DNA of 19,123 bases from a bacterium (GCA_020349685.1 CP070698.1:1673985-1693107); one strand, 5' to 3'; positions 8,166 through 16,708 are shown, counted from the stretch's first letter. Numbers and translations: made by a program. Notes: generated from the letters alone by a model not told the origin.

Positions 8166-10222
8166 TACTGTCTGCGCACTCCCTCTGCCTTGACCGCTTT
8201 GGCCGCAGGCAGGGTGAAATAGAAAACACTCCCACCCTCCTCTGCGGCCTCAACACCTATAATCCCGCCGTTCATCTCCGCGAGCTTTTTGCATATGGGA
8301 AGGCCGAGCCCTATACCGTGGGAATCGGCATCGCTGAAAAGGCGGTGCTCCCTGTATTTCTCGAAAATGGCGCCGCTCTTGTCATCCGGAACGCCGGGAC
8401 CGAAATCCCTGATGAAAACCTCCCTGGCGCCCTCCTGTCCGGTGCGGGAGCACACCCGGGTCCCAATGATAATATCGGTGCCGGGGGGACTGTATTTGAT
8501 GGCATTGGATACGAGTCTGTTCACGATATCCGAGGCGCTTTCCTTGTCGGCGTGAACCCGGCCAATACCCTCGGCGATCTCCGACTTCAGGGTGATCCCC
8601 TTTGCCTGGGCCGCGGACTGACTGTTGACCAGCGTGGACAGGAGCATTTCGGAAAGGGAAAAGTCCTCGGGTAGGACCCTGAAATCGGTCAGCTCGATCT
8701 TGGAGAGACTCAGAAGGTCTTCCACGATCTCAGTGAGCTTGTTCGTTTCCTCGGTCATCACGTCCAGGTACTCTCTCTGGCGCGGTGGCGCGCTTTTGTA
8801 GACGTCCTCTGTGAGCAGGTCAAGGAAACCCTTCAGGGAGGTGAGGGGATTCCGTAAATGGTTGGAGACATTTTCCAGAAACTTGCTCTTCAGGTGGTCC
8901 AGTTCATCCTCCGCGGACATATCCCTCAGGAGGATTATCAGTCCAAGGGTCTGTTCTTCCCTCTCGTCCACTACGGCCACACTGGCCACCAGCGGAAATT
9001 TCTCCCTGATGGTGGCAAAACGCACGGTCCAGATGGGATTCTTGACTCCGATGCGCTGCTCTTCCAGCACCTCGAAGGTACTGCGGGGGATATGGTCAAA
9101 AAGATGCTGTCCCTCGAGGCCTCCCTTGACGCCGAGTAGCTGAAGGGCCAGCGGATTGGAGTGGATGATCCTGTAGGACCAGTCGGTAACGAGAACACCC
9201 TCCCCCATGTTCCGAAGGATCGCTTCCACCCTGTTCTTCTCGAGCTCGAGGACCTTCAACTGCTTGTCCCTTTCCTGGAGGAGCTGCACGTTGTCGAGGA
9301 GAACGGAAAGCTGGGAAGCGATCATCTCCACGAGGGCCCTGTCGTCGGAGATGAAGAAATCCTCACGGCTGGAGAAAAGGGCGATGTTCCCGAGGACACC
9401 GCCGGAAGAGCGCAGGGTTACGGTGAACTCCGACAGCGCAGCCTTTCGCGGGCCCCCTTCCTCAATTTCGGAATCCTCGAAGAGCCGCATCTCCAGATCT
9501 GTTATGGAGGAGGCCTCCACACCCTTTTCCACGGCGAGCATCTCGGCACCCGTCTTGATGACGTTCTTCTTGGATACCTTCAGGAGCTGGTTCCGGTACC
9601 GGATCGCTACCAGCTTCTCATCGGCATCGGGAAGAACGACAAAGATCGCTCCCATGTCGTAATCGACGACCTGGCTGATCAGGCCGAGAACGTTCTGAAG
9701 GAGGGCATCAGGCCTGTCCAGGTAGGTAAAGAGCTTCCCTGTTTCGTTGATGATGGTCATTTCCAGGAGCTTGCGCTCCAGGATGTCGTCGGCCCTGCCC
9801 TTGAGCGTCTCGCTCGTCAGCTCCTCGGGGCTGACCGGTTTGATCGGCTCACGCTTTTCCTTAAGGAGCGAAGCAATCGTTTCAAGGAGGCTCTGCTCCT
9901 CGATGGGTTTGGTGATGTAGGCATCGGCTCCTACTTCAAGGCCCCAGAAGCGGTCTTTCTGGGTATCCTTGGCGGTCATCATGACCACCGGGAGAGCTTT
10001 CAGCCTTTCGTCGCTCCTGATGAGACGGCACACCTGGTATCCGCTCATTTCAGGCATGATGATATCCAGGAGGACAAGGTCAGGAGGGTCCTCGCCTATG
10101 GCCTGCATGGCCTCGTGACCGTTCATGGCACGGTCGACTTCGTATCCCTCCTTGATCAGGGTGTCCTTGACAAGTTCCAGGATGAAGGGACTGTCATCAA
10201 CAACAAGGATCCTTTGGGCCAT
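8165..10222 (-). CDS. Hybrid kinase-like protein REC-GAF-PAS-HisKA-HATPase with atypical H-box
   Basis: REC VVDDS/LLDIIMP/ITKP; PAS start AILRNMGEGVLVTD; H-box reads VSNHLRNPL; ATP-binding motifs NAIKYS, DFGPG, GIGLGL. Confidence 0.9.
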   Translation of the reverse strand: MAQRILVVDDSPFILELVKDTLIKEGYEVDRAMNGHEAMQAIGEDPPDLVLLDIIMPEMSGYQVCRLIRSDERLKALPVVMMTAKDTQKDRFWGLEVGADAYITKPIEEQSLLETIASLLKEKREPIKPVSPEELTSETLKGRADDILERKLLEMTIINETGKLFTYLDRPDALLQNVLGLISQVVDYDMGAIFVVLPDADEKLVAIRYRNQLLKVSKKNVIKTGAEMLAVEKGVEASSITDLEMRLFEDSEIEEGGPRKAALSEFTVTLRSSGGVLGNIALFSSREDFFISDDRALVEMIASQLSVLLDNVQLLQERDKQLKVLELEKNRVEAILRNMGEGVLVTDWSYRIIHSNPLALQLLGVKGGLEGQHLFDHIPRSTFEVLEEQRIGVKNPIWTVRFATIREKFPLVASVAVVDEREEQTLGLIILLRDMSAEDELDHLKSKFLENVSNHLRNPLTSLKGFLDLLTEDVYKSAPPRQREYLDVMTEETNKLTEIVEDLLSLSKIELTDFRVLPEDFSLSEMLLSTLVNSQSAAQAKGITLKSEIAEGIGRVHADKESASDIVNRLVSNAIKYSPPGTDIIIGTRVCSRTGQEGAREVFIRDFGPGVPDDKSGAIFEKYREHRLFSDADSHGIGLGLPICKKLAEMNGGIIGVEAAEEGGSVFYFTLPAAKAVKAEGVRRQ

Positions 10223-11724
10223 CAGTCATCTCCCCTGTCACGGGCGTCCATTATCAGGATAAAGCTGCTGCCCCGGCGGTCTGCCCGGCCCTCGAGGCGG
10301 ATGGAACCTCCGTGGAGATCGACGATCTTCTTGACTATGGCAAGGCCCAGACCGCTGCCCTTGCCGCGTCCTGAAGGCGCTCTCTCCGTTTGATGGTATT
10401 TCTCGAAGATAAGCTCTCTCTCCTCGGCAGGGACTCCGGGGCCCTCGTCGAGGACCTCAACGAGAACCGTTTCATCCTCCCTGCGAACCAGCGTTTCCAC
10501 ACCGCAGCCCTCGGGCGTGAACTGAATGGCGTTGGAGAGGAGGTTCACGAGGACCTGGAGCAGCCGCCTTCTGTCCCCCACTACCTCCAGAGACCCTGCA
10601 CCCTGACTTGTGAAGGTAATGGTAACGCCCTTTTGAGCGGCCAACCCTTCCATGCTGCGTACGGCGTAGGCCGCCAGTTCATCCAGCCGCACCCTCTCCT
10701 TGTTCATCGCCATCTTTCCGGACTCGAGGCGTCCGAGATCGAGGAGGTCGTTTATCAGGCTGATCATCCTGTCCGCTTCCGAATCCAGGATCTTGAGATA
10801 CTCCTGCAGCCTCTCTTTTGAGCCGTAATCCCCCGCCAGCAGAACCTCCACGAAGCCCTTGAGGGAGGTCAGAGGGGTCCTCAGGTCGTGGGATACGATG
10901 GCCAGGAACTCCTCCCGGTTCTTCTCGAGGTCCTTGATCCCCGTCAGGTCCCTGAAACCGAGAAGGACCCTGGAAGGACCCGATCCCCCATCCATGGACA
11001 GTCCCACGAGTTCTATCTGTCTGCTTTGCCCTGCCTTGCCGGCCAGGGTCACCAGGGATCTCACCGGCTGTCCGCCCGCGGCTTTTACTGAAGCGATGAA
11101 CCCCTCGGGCACGGGAAAACCCGTGGCGGTGAAGTCCGTTCCGGCCAGGGGCGCGTCGGAACTGCTCAGGATATGAACCGCTTTCGGGTTGAGATCGAAG
11201 ATCCGGCCGCTGTCCTCCATGATGACAAGCCCCTCGTCCAGGATCCGGAAAACTTCCTCCTTTTCCCGGCTCATGATCTTCATCTCTTCAATGCGGGCCT
11301 CCAGCTGGCGGACCAGTTGACGGTTGCGCACCGCCAGATGCTGCCGTTCGAGGGCCCGCTGGACAGAGTACACCAGGTCTTCCTTGATGATGGGTTTCTT
11401 GATGTAATCGTAGGCCCCCGCCTTGAGGGCCGCTATGGCGCTTTCCATGCTGGCGTAGGCCGTGACCATGATGACGGCGATATCGGGATCCCTCTCCTTG
11501 ACCCGTTCAAGCACCTCCGTGCCCATGATATCCGGCAGCACGAGGTCCATGACCACCACCTGGAACCCCCCTTCGCTGAAAGCCTGGAGGGCAGCTTCTC
11601 CGGAATCCACCACGTGCACCTCGTAGCCCTCTCCCCTGAGGATACCGGCTATCAGATCCTGGAAGAACTTCTCGTCATCGACAACGAGGATCGGGCCGTC
11701 ATGTATGCTGTCAGCGTTTGGCAT
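10222..11724 (-). CDS. Hybrid histidine kinase REC-PAS-HisKA-HATPase
   Basis: REC VVDDE/VMDLVLP/IKKP; PAS ILDEGLVIMEDSGRI; H-box VSHDLRTPL; NLLSNAIQFT; DEGPG; GSGLGL. Confidence 0.93.
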   Translation of the reverse strand: MPNADSIHDGPILVVDDEKFFQDLIAGILRGEGYEVHVVDSGEAALQAFSEGGFQVVVMDLVLPDIMGTEVLERVKERDPDIAVIMVTAYASMESAIAALKAGAYDYIKKPIIKEDLVYSVQRALERQHLAVRNRQLVRQLEARIEEMKIMSREKEEVFRILDEGLVIMEDSGRIFDLNPKAVHILSSSDAPLAGTDFTATGFPVPEGFIASVKAAGGQPVRSLVTLAGKAGQSRQIELVGLSMDGGSGPSRVLLGFRDLTGIKDLEKNREEFLAIVSHDLRTPLTSLKGFVEVLLAGDYGSKERLQEYLKILDSEADRMISLINDLLDLGRLESGKMAMNKERVRLDELAAYAVRSMEGLAAQKGVTITFTSQGAGSLEVVGDRRRLLQVLVNLLSNAIQFTPEGCGVETLVRREDETVLVEVLDEGPGVPAEERELIFEKYHQTERAPSGRGKGSGLGLAIVKKIVDLHGGSIRLEGRADRRGSSFILIMDARDRGDD

Positions 11725-14161
11725 CGGAAGAACCCTTTACCCGGGTGGTCCCTTTCTTTTTTAGGGCGGCCCTGGAAAAGACACCTTTCCTGAAGATAGC
11801 TGCCAGGGCCTCGTCCATATCACCCACGGGGACGATCTCGATCCCGCGGGTCACGTAGGAGGGGATCTCTTTCAGATCGGGCATGTTGAGGGACGGGATG
11901 ACCACCCTGGTGATGGACGCTCGTTTGGCGGCAAGCAGCTTTTCCCTGAGGCCGCCTATGGGCAGCACCCTTCCTGTCAGGGTGATCTCCCCGGTCATGG
12001 CAACGGCCGGGAGTGGGGGTTCACCCGTCAGGGCCGAGATCATTGCCGAAGTGATGGCGATGCCGGCGGAAGGTCCGTCCTTGGGCGTGGCCCCTGCGGG
12101 CACATGCACATGGATGTCGGTGGCGAGGATGCTCTGCGGCGTCACGCCCAACTCACTGCCCCGCGACCTGATATAGCTCAGCGCGGCCTGGGCGGACTCC
12201 TTCATCACCGCTCCGAGGGAACCTGTCATGGTTAGGTTGCCTTTGCCCTTGACTGCGGAGACCTCTATGTTCAGGGTGTCGCCCCCCACCGGGGTCCAGG
12301 CCAGCCCGATGGACACACCCGCCCTCGCCTGGTCCTCCCTGCTGGCCCCCCGGAATCTTGGTACCCCGAGGTACTTTTCAAGGTTCCTGGCCGTCACAAC
12401 GGAGCGCCTCTTCTTCCCGAGAGCGACGGACTTGGCTACCTTCCGGCAGATGTTGCCGATCTCCCGCTCCAGGTTGCGCACCCCCGCCTCCCGGGTGTAT
12501 TCGGAGATGATCCTGTCCAGGGTGCCGTCGGAAAGGGAGAGCAACTTCTCGGAAAGACCGTTCCTTTCGATCTGCCGCCCGACGAGGTATCTTCGCGCTA
12601 TGTGCCTTTTTTCCACAGCTGTATAACCCGAAAGCTGGATGATCTCCATCCTGTCCCGGAGGGCCTGAGGGATGGGGTCGGCCATGTTGGCGGTGGCGAT
12701 GAACATGACGGCAGACAGGTCGTAGGGGACAGCCAGGTAATGGTCCCGGAAGTTGTAATTCTGCTCCGGATCGAGCACTTCCAGCAGGGCCGAGGAGGGA
12801 TCGCCCCTGAAATCGGCGCCCAGCTTGTCGATCTCATCCAGCATGAAAACCGGGTTGCGCGACCCCGCCTGCTTCATCCCCTGGATGATCCGGCCGGGAA
12901 GAGCCCCCACGTAGGTCCGCCGGTGGCCCCTGATCTCCGCCTCGTCCCTCACTCCCCCGAGGGACATGCGGATGAACTTGCGTCCCATGGCCCGGGCGAT
13001 GGATCGGCCCAGGGATGTTTTCCCCACACCGGGGGGACCCACAAGACACAGGATCGGTCCCTTGAGCTCTTTTTTCAGTTTGAGGACACCGAGATACTCC
13101 AGGATGCGCTCCTTGATCTTTTCCAGGTCGTAGTGATCCTCATCGAGAACCCCGGAAGCAGCCTTCAGATCAAGTTTGTCCTTGGTGGATTTTTTCCACG
13201 GGATATCCACCATCCAGTCGAGGTAGGTTCTTATCGTGGCAGCTTCCGCAGAATCGGGGTGCATCTTGGACAGCCGGCCCAGCTGCTTTTCAACCTCTTC
13301 CTTGACTTCCAGGGGCATTCCGGCCTTTTCAATATTCGAACGGATCTCCTCGACCTCTGCCTCACGGTCGTCCTTATCCCCCAACTCCTGCTGGATGGCC
13401 TTGAGCTGCTGGCGAAGATAATAATCCTTCTGCGTCTTGCTCATCTCCTCCTGGGCCTGGTCATGGATCTTTTGCTGCATCTCAACGATCTTCAGTTCCT
13501 TGTCGAGGATCTCGTGCACAATTTCGAGGCGCATGGCAGGGTCGACGGTCTCGAGAACATTCTGCGCCTCCTCCAGGCCCAACCCCAGGCTCGAGCCTAT
13601 GAGATCCGCAAGGCGTCCCGGATCGTCGACGTTGGCTGCCACGGAAAGAACATCGGACGGAACGGGCTTGCCCAGCTCGACGATCCTGACCAGGCTCTCT
13701 TTCATGGCCCTCAACATGGCCTGTGTCTCGATGGGCAGAGGGTCGGGTGATTTCTCCTCGACAATGTCGAGGCGGACGGAAAAGAAGGGATCGGTCTGCA
13801 AGAACTCCTTGATCCGGCCTCTTTGCAGTCCCTGCACGAGGATCTTGGCCTTTCCGTCGGGGGTTTTGAGCATGCGGACAATGACGCTCACTGTCCCCAG
13901 CTGGTGGAGATCCTCGCCAGCCGGCTCCTCCACCTCCCCGGCCCGCTGGGCCGCGAGGAAAATGAGCCGGTCTCCTTTCAACGCCTCGTCCAGAGCGCTG
14001 ATCGACCTGTCCCTTCCCACGACCAGCGGTACGATCATGTAAGGAAAGACGACAACGTCCCTTATGGGAAGGAGCGGCAGCACCTCGGGGATGTAGACCC
14101 CTTCGGACCCTTGATCCCGGCTTCCAACCTCTCCCTGGACACCGCTTTGCTTTTCGCTCAT
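11711..14161 (-). CDS. lon: ATP-dependent protease La
   Basis: N-domain LPLLPIRDVVVFP; Walker A GPPGVGKTS; Walker B FMLDEIDK; catalytic Ser PKDGPSAG and Lys GGLREK; RBS GAGGAG. Confidence 0.97.
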   Translation of the reverse strand: MSEKQSGVQGEVGSRDQGSEGVYIPEVLPLLPIRDVVVFPYMIVPLVVGRDRSISALDEALKGDRLIFLAAQRAGEVEEPAGEDLHQLGTVSVIVRMLKTPDGKAKILVQGLQRGRIKEFLQTDPFFSVRLDIVEEKSPDPLPIETQAMLRAMKESLVRIVELGKPVPSDVLSVAANVDDPGRLADLIGSSLGLGLEEAQNVLETVDPAMRLEIVHEILDKELKIVEMQQKIHDQAQEEMSKTQKDYYLRQQLKAIQQELGDKDDREAEVEEIRSNIEKAGMPLEVKEEVEKQLGRLSKMHPDSAEAATIRTYLDWMVDIPWKKSTKDKLDLKAASGVLDEDHYDLEKIKERILEYLGVLKLKKELKGPILCLVGPPGVGKTSLGRSIARAMGRKFIRMSLGGVRDEAEIRGHRRTYVGALPGRIIQGMKQAGSRNPVFMLDEIDKLGADFRGDPSSALLEVLDPEQNYNFRDHYLAVPYDLSAVMFIATANMADPIPQALRDRMEIIQLSGYTAVEKRHIARRYLVGRQIERNGLSEKLLSLSDGTLDRIISEYTREAGVRNLEREIGNICRKVAKSVALGKKRRSVVTARNLEKYLGVPRFRGASREDQARAGVSIGLAWTPVGGDTLNIEVSAVKGKGNLTMTGSLGAVMKESAQAALSYIRSRGSELGVTPQSILATDIHVHVPAGATPKDGPSAGIAITSAMISALTGEPPLPAVAMTGEITLTGRVLPIGGLREKLLAAKRASITRVVIPSLNMPDLKEIPSYVTRGIEIVPVGDMDEALAAIFRKGVFSRAALKKKGTTRVKGSSDAKR

Positions 14162-14185
14162 AAGGCCATCTCCTCAAGCGCCGAA

Positions 14186-14635
14186 CTACTCGTCAATAGG
14201 CACATCGACAACGGCCCTTCGCCTTTCGATTATCTTGGGAAGCCTTATCTTGAGGACTCCATCCACCAGCGCCGCCCGGACACCCGACGCGTCCACACTG
14301 GCGGGGATCTCAACAGTCCTCCTGAAAACACCGAACTCCCTTTCGACACAGATGTACCTGAGACAGGCACTGTCCCCGCCGCTTTGCTTGAACCCCTCTA
14401 TGCTGAGCCGGTCCCGGTCCAACCTGATGTTCAGCTCGCTGCGGCCCATCCCGGGGACCTCCATCTCGATGTGAACGTCCGTCTCGTCCTCGAAGACATC
14501 AATGGGTGGCTGGGCTGTTTCACCGGCCCAGTCAGGAACGGAAGGCAGCTTTCCCGAAAACTGGTGGACCAGGCGGCTGAATCTAGTCATGCTCCACCCC
14601 GTGTCCCAAATGAAATCTCTTTTTCTTTTCATCAC
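14186..14635 (-). CDS. Hsp20/alpha-crystallin small heat shock protein
   Basis: PPIDVFE, EVPG, EREFGVFRRTVEIP, AALVDGVLKIRLPK, C-terminal V-P-I motif. Confidence 0.92.
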   Translation of the reverse strand: MMKRKRDFIWDTGWSMTRFSRLVHQFSGKLPSVPDWAGETAQPPIDVFEDETDVHIEMEVPGMGRSELNIRLDRDRLSIEGFKQSGGDSACLRYICVEREFGVFRRTVEIPASVDASGVRAALVDGVLKIRLPKIIERRRAVVDVPIDE

Positions 14636-14704
14636 CGTCCCGTATCACATCGGAAGCCTGTTTTGCGGATCATCGCAGATAACAAACCCTCTTTGACGGG
14701 GGTG

Positions 14705-15580
14705 TCATTCGGGCTCCCTTGACAGCCTGTCCGCCATGAACTGCGCCAAACGGGGACCGAGGTCGTCGTCCTTGAGCGCATAGTTGATGTTGGCTTTTAT
14801 AAACCCCAGCTTGTCACCGGCATCGTACCGGATCCCCTTGAAGACAACGCCGTAAACGGTGTCCGATCCAGCCAGGCTGTTGAGGGCATCGGTGAGCTGG
14901 ATCTCGCCACCGAACCCTTTTCCCTGCGACTCAAGGAGCCGGAACACATCCGGGACCAGCACGTATCTTCCTGTTACGGCTAAACTGGAGGGAGCCGTCC
15001 CCGGCGCCGGTTTTTCAACCAGACTCTCCAGGTGGAAGAGACCAGGCTCCACTTCCCGCCCTTCAATAATACCGTACTTGTGAGCCTGGTCGTCAGGTAC
15101 CTCCTCCAGGGCCACGACGGTCTTGCCGGTCCTGGAAAATACAGCCAGCAGTTGGGCAAGGCATGGCGAGGGACCGTCGAAAACGTCATCCGGCAGCATC
15201 ACCGCGAAGGGTTCCTCACCGACGAACTCCCAGGCGCAAAGCACCGCATGCCCCAGCCCCAGAGGCTCTTTCTGCCTTACGGATCCCACCCGGATCATCC
15301 TGGAGATCTTCCCGATCCGCTCGAGCATCTCCTTGTCGCCCTTTCTTTCCAGGAAGGACTCCAGACCTTGATCGACATCAAAGTAGTCCTCAATGGCGGA
15401 TTTGCCCTGAGCGGTGACAAGGATAAGGTCGCTTATACCCGAAGCGACCGCCTCCGCGACAACCTCGTGGATGAGCGGACGGTCGACCAACGGAAAAAGC
15501 TCCTTGGGGACGGTCTTCGTTGCCGGGAGGAACCTGCTGCCCAGGCCCGCTGCCGGTATGACAACCTTTCGAACCTTCAA
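14705..15580 (-). CDS. galU: UTP-glucose-1-phosphate uridylyltransferase
   Basis: VIPAAGLGSRFLPATK, PKE, RQKEPLGLGHAV, VEKP, GGEIQLTDA. Start set at TTG 15580, 5 nt after AAGGAG; the track GTG at 15586 overlaps that RBS. Confidence 0.96.
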   Translation of the reverse strand: MKVRKVVIPAAGLGSRFLPATKTVPKELFPLVDRPLIHEVVAEAVASGISDLILVTAQGKSAIEDYFDVDQGLESFLERKGDKEMLERIGKISRMIRVGSVRQKEPLGLGHAVLCAWEFVGEEPFAVMLPDDVFDGPSPCLAQLLAVFSRTGKTVVALEEVPDDQAHKYGIIEGREVEPGLFHLESLVEKPAPGTAPSSLAVTGRYVLVPDVFRLLESQGKGFGGEIQLTDALNSLAGSDTVYGVVFKGIRYDAGDKLGFIKANINYALKDDDLGPRLAQFMADRLSREPE

Positions 15581-15612
15581 AGGCACTCCTTTCTGATTGA
15601 AAGCATCAAGAA

Positions 15613-15641
15613 AATATAACAGAAATAGATACGTAAATAAA
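15613..15641 (-). promoter_or_regulatory. Possible galU promoter
   Basis: Minus strand TTTATT, 17 nt, TATATT preceded by TGn, in AT-rich DNA where a chance match is possible. Confidence 0.35.
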
Positions 15642-15721
15642 AGCAGTTATAGAACTTTTGCCCGCCAGTTCACGGCTGACGGCTTTAAAATGGCGATTTC
15701 CGGCTCGAAGCTGACTTTAAC

Positions 15722-15750
15722 TTGACATTTTAAGGGGCTTTGAAAATAAT
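15722..15750 (+). promoter_or_regulatory. Sigma70 promoter of tRNA-Leu
   Basis: TTGACA, 17 nt, AATAAT, ending 13 nt before the tRNA. Confidence 0.75.
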
Positions 15751-15763
15751 AGGCCCTCGTTTT

Positions 15764-15850
15764 GCCGAAGTGGTGGAACTGGTAGACACGCCATCTTGAG
15801 GGGGTGGTGGGCAACCGCCCGTGCGAGTTCGAGTCTCGCCTTCGGCACCA
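15764..15850 (+). tRNA. tRNA-Leu, anticodon GAG
   Basis: 87 nt. Acceptor GCCGAAG/CTTCGGC, anticodon arm CCATC-TTGAGGG-GGTGG, long variable arm, T-arm GCGAG-TTCGAGT-CTCGC, encoded ACCA. Confidence 0.97.
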
Positions 15851-15853
15851 GAC

Positions 15854-15888
15854 AATAAAATACGCCCCAAAGGGGGCGTTTTTTTATT
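15854..15888. terminator. Intrinsic terminator, potentially bidirectional
   Basis: A-tract, ACGCCCC-AAAG-GGGGCGT, T-tract. Confidence 0.85.
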
Positions 15889-15889
15889 G

Positions 15890-15917
15890 AATCCCAAATC
15901 TCAAATCTCAAATCTCA
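15890..15917. repeat. Heptamer array AATCYCA x4
   Basis: aatccca aatctca aatctca aatctca. Confidence 0.85.
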
Positions 15918-15948
15918 AAAATAATCCCACAACCAGAAACAGCGAACC

Positions 15949-16037
15949 GGCGAGACGAGAACTTGACCGAAGGTCAATAGTGAGCTTGTCCCCCGAAGCT
16001 TGCGTAAGCGAAGGGGGAAGTCTCGCCTTCGGCACCA
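15949..16037 (+). repeat. Structured tRNA-linked repeat ending in a 19-nt copy of the tRNA-Leu 3' end
   Basis: 16019-16037 is identical to 15832-15850 (AGTCTCGCCTTCGGCACCA). GGCGAGAC at 15949-15956 is complementary to 16020-16027 and encloses two hairpins. Confidence 0.85.
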
Positions 16038-16039
16038 TA

Positions 16040-16077
16040 GATATAAAAATCGCCCCATCAGGGGCGTTTTTTATATC
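16040..16077. terminator. Second intrinsic terminator, diverged copy of the first
   Basis: GATATAAAAAT-CGCCCC-ATCA-GGGGCG-TTTTTTATATC. Confidence 0.85.
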
Positions 16078-16091
16078 CGGAGCTCCATTCA

Positions 16092-16141
16092 TATACTCTG
16101 CACCCTGCACTTTAGTGCTCTGCACTTTGTACTTTGCACTT
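16092..16141. repeat. Degenerate heptamer array TGCACTT
   Basis: tatactc tgcaccc tgcactt tagtgctc tgcactt tgtactt tgcactt. Confidence 0.75.
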
Positions 16142-16150
16142 TCTTATCCC

Positions 16151-16181
16151 TTGACATCAATCTTAACCTGCACTTTACTAT
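16151..16181 (+). promoter_or_regulatory. Putative promoter with 19-nt spacer
   Basis: TTGACA at 16151-16156 and TACTAT at 16176-16181. Confidence 0.45.
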
Positions 16182-16221
16182 AGAGTAGTGAACCGATTCA
16201 CTTGCCGCCGGGAGGGAAAAC

Positions 16222-16455
16222 ATGGAATATGACTGGTCACGCGTAAAAAGGTATTCCATCACCGGCTGGAAAAACCGCTCCACGAAATTCTTCATGGGGC
16301 TTCTGGGTCTGGTGGTCCTTATCTCGTTTCTCGGTTCAGCTCCTTTCTGGGTCACCTTCTCCTCCATTGCCCCCATCCTCCTGCTTTATTTCCCCCTGCT
16401 CGGCTTCATGATCGAAACGGTAGAGCGGGACTGGAAGGACTGGCATTTGTGGTAG
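16222..16455 (+). CDS. Small hypothetical membrane protein (77 aa, about 2 TM)
   Basis: RBS GGGAGGG before the ATG; two hydrophobic stretches; Trp-rich ends. Confidence 0.72.
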   Translation: MEYDWSRVKRYSITGWKNRSTKFFMGLLGLVVLISFLGSAPFWVTFSSIAPILLLYFPLLGFMIETVERDWKDWHLW

Positions 16456-16460
16456 GAGAA

Positions 16461-16495
16461 CCGGTGACCGGTCACCTTTGACCGGTGATCAGTAA
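16461..16495. repeat. Degenerate heptamer array CCGGTGA containing a 14-bp palindrome
   Basis: ccggtga ccggtca cctttga ccggtga tcagtaa; GGTGACCGGTCACC at 16463-16476. Confidence 0.65.
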
Positions 16496-16618
16496 ACAGC
16501 GTGTCCCCGTCTGACAAAGGTAGCCGCCATTGGGCCTGCCATTGAGCATCATCAAAAACCCATGGAATCTCCCGCCTGAACTTCCAGCTGCCCCACGGCC
16601 AACCCGCCGGATGCAATC

Positions 16619-16647
16619 TTTACTTTTCCCGCTTTTGGTAATATGCT
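16619..16647 (+). promoter_or_regulatory. Putative promoter of the perR-like gene
   Basis: TTTACT, 17 nt, TATGCT. Confidence 0.5.
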
Positions 16648-16708
16648 TGCGCTTTAGGTCAGACCAATTTAAGTTTTAATGCAGCAGGCAGAAGAGGAAC
16701 CGTGGAAC

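Noticed and set aside
15949-16037. Second tRNA gene
   Set aside because: Only the 3' 19 nt match; no 5' acceptor strand, D-arm or anticodon arm.
15717-16188. Short ORFs overlapping the tRNA and its repeats
   Set aside because: They are translations of tRNA, terminator and heptamer sequence.
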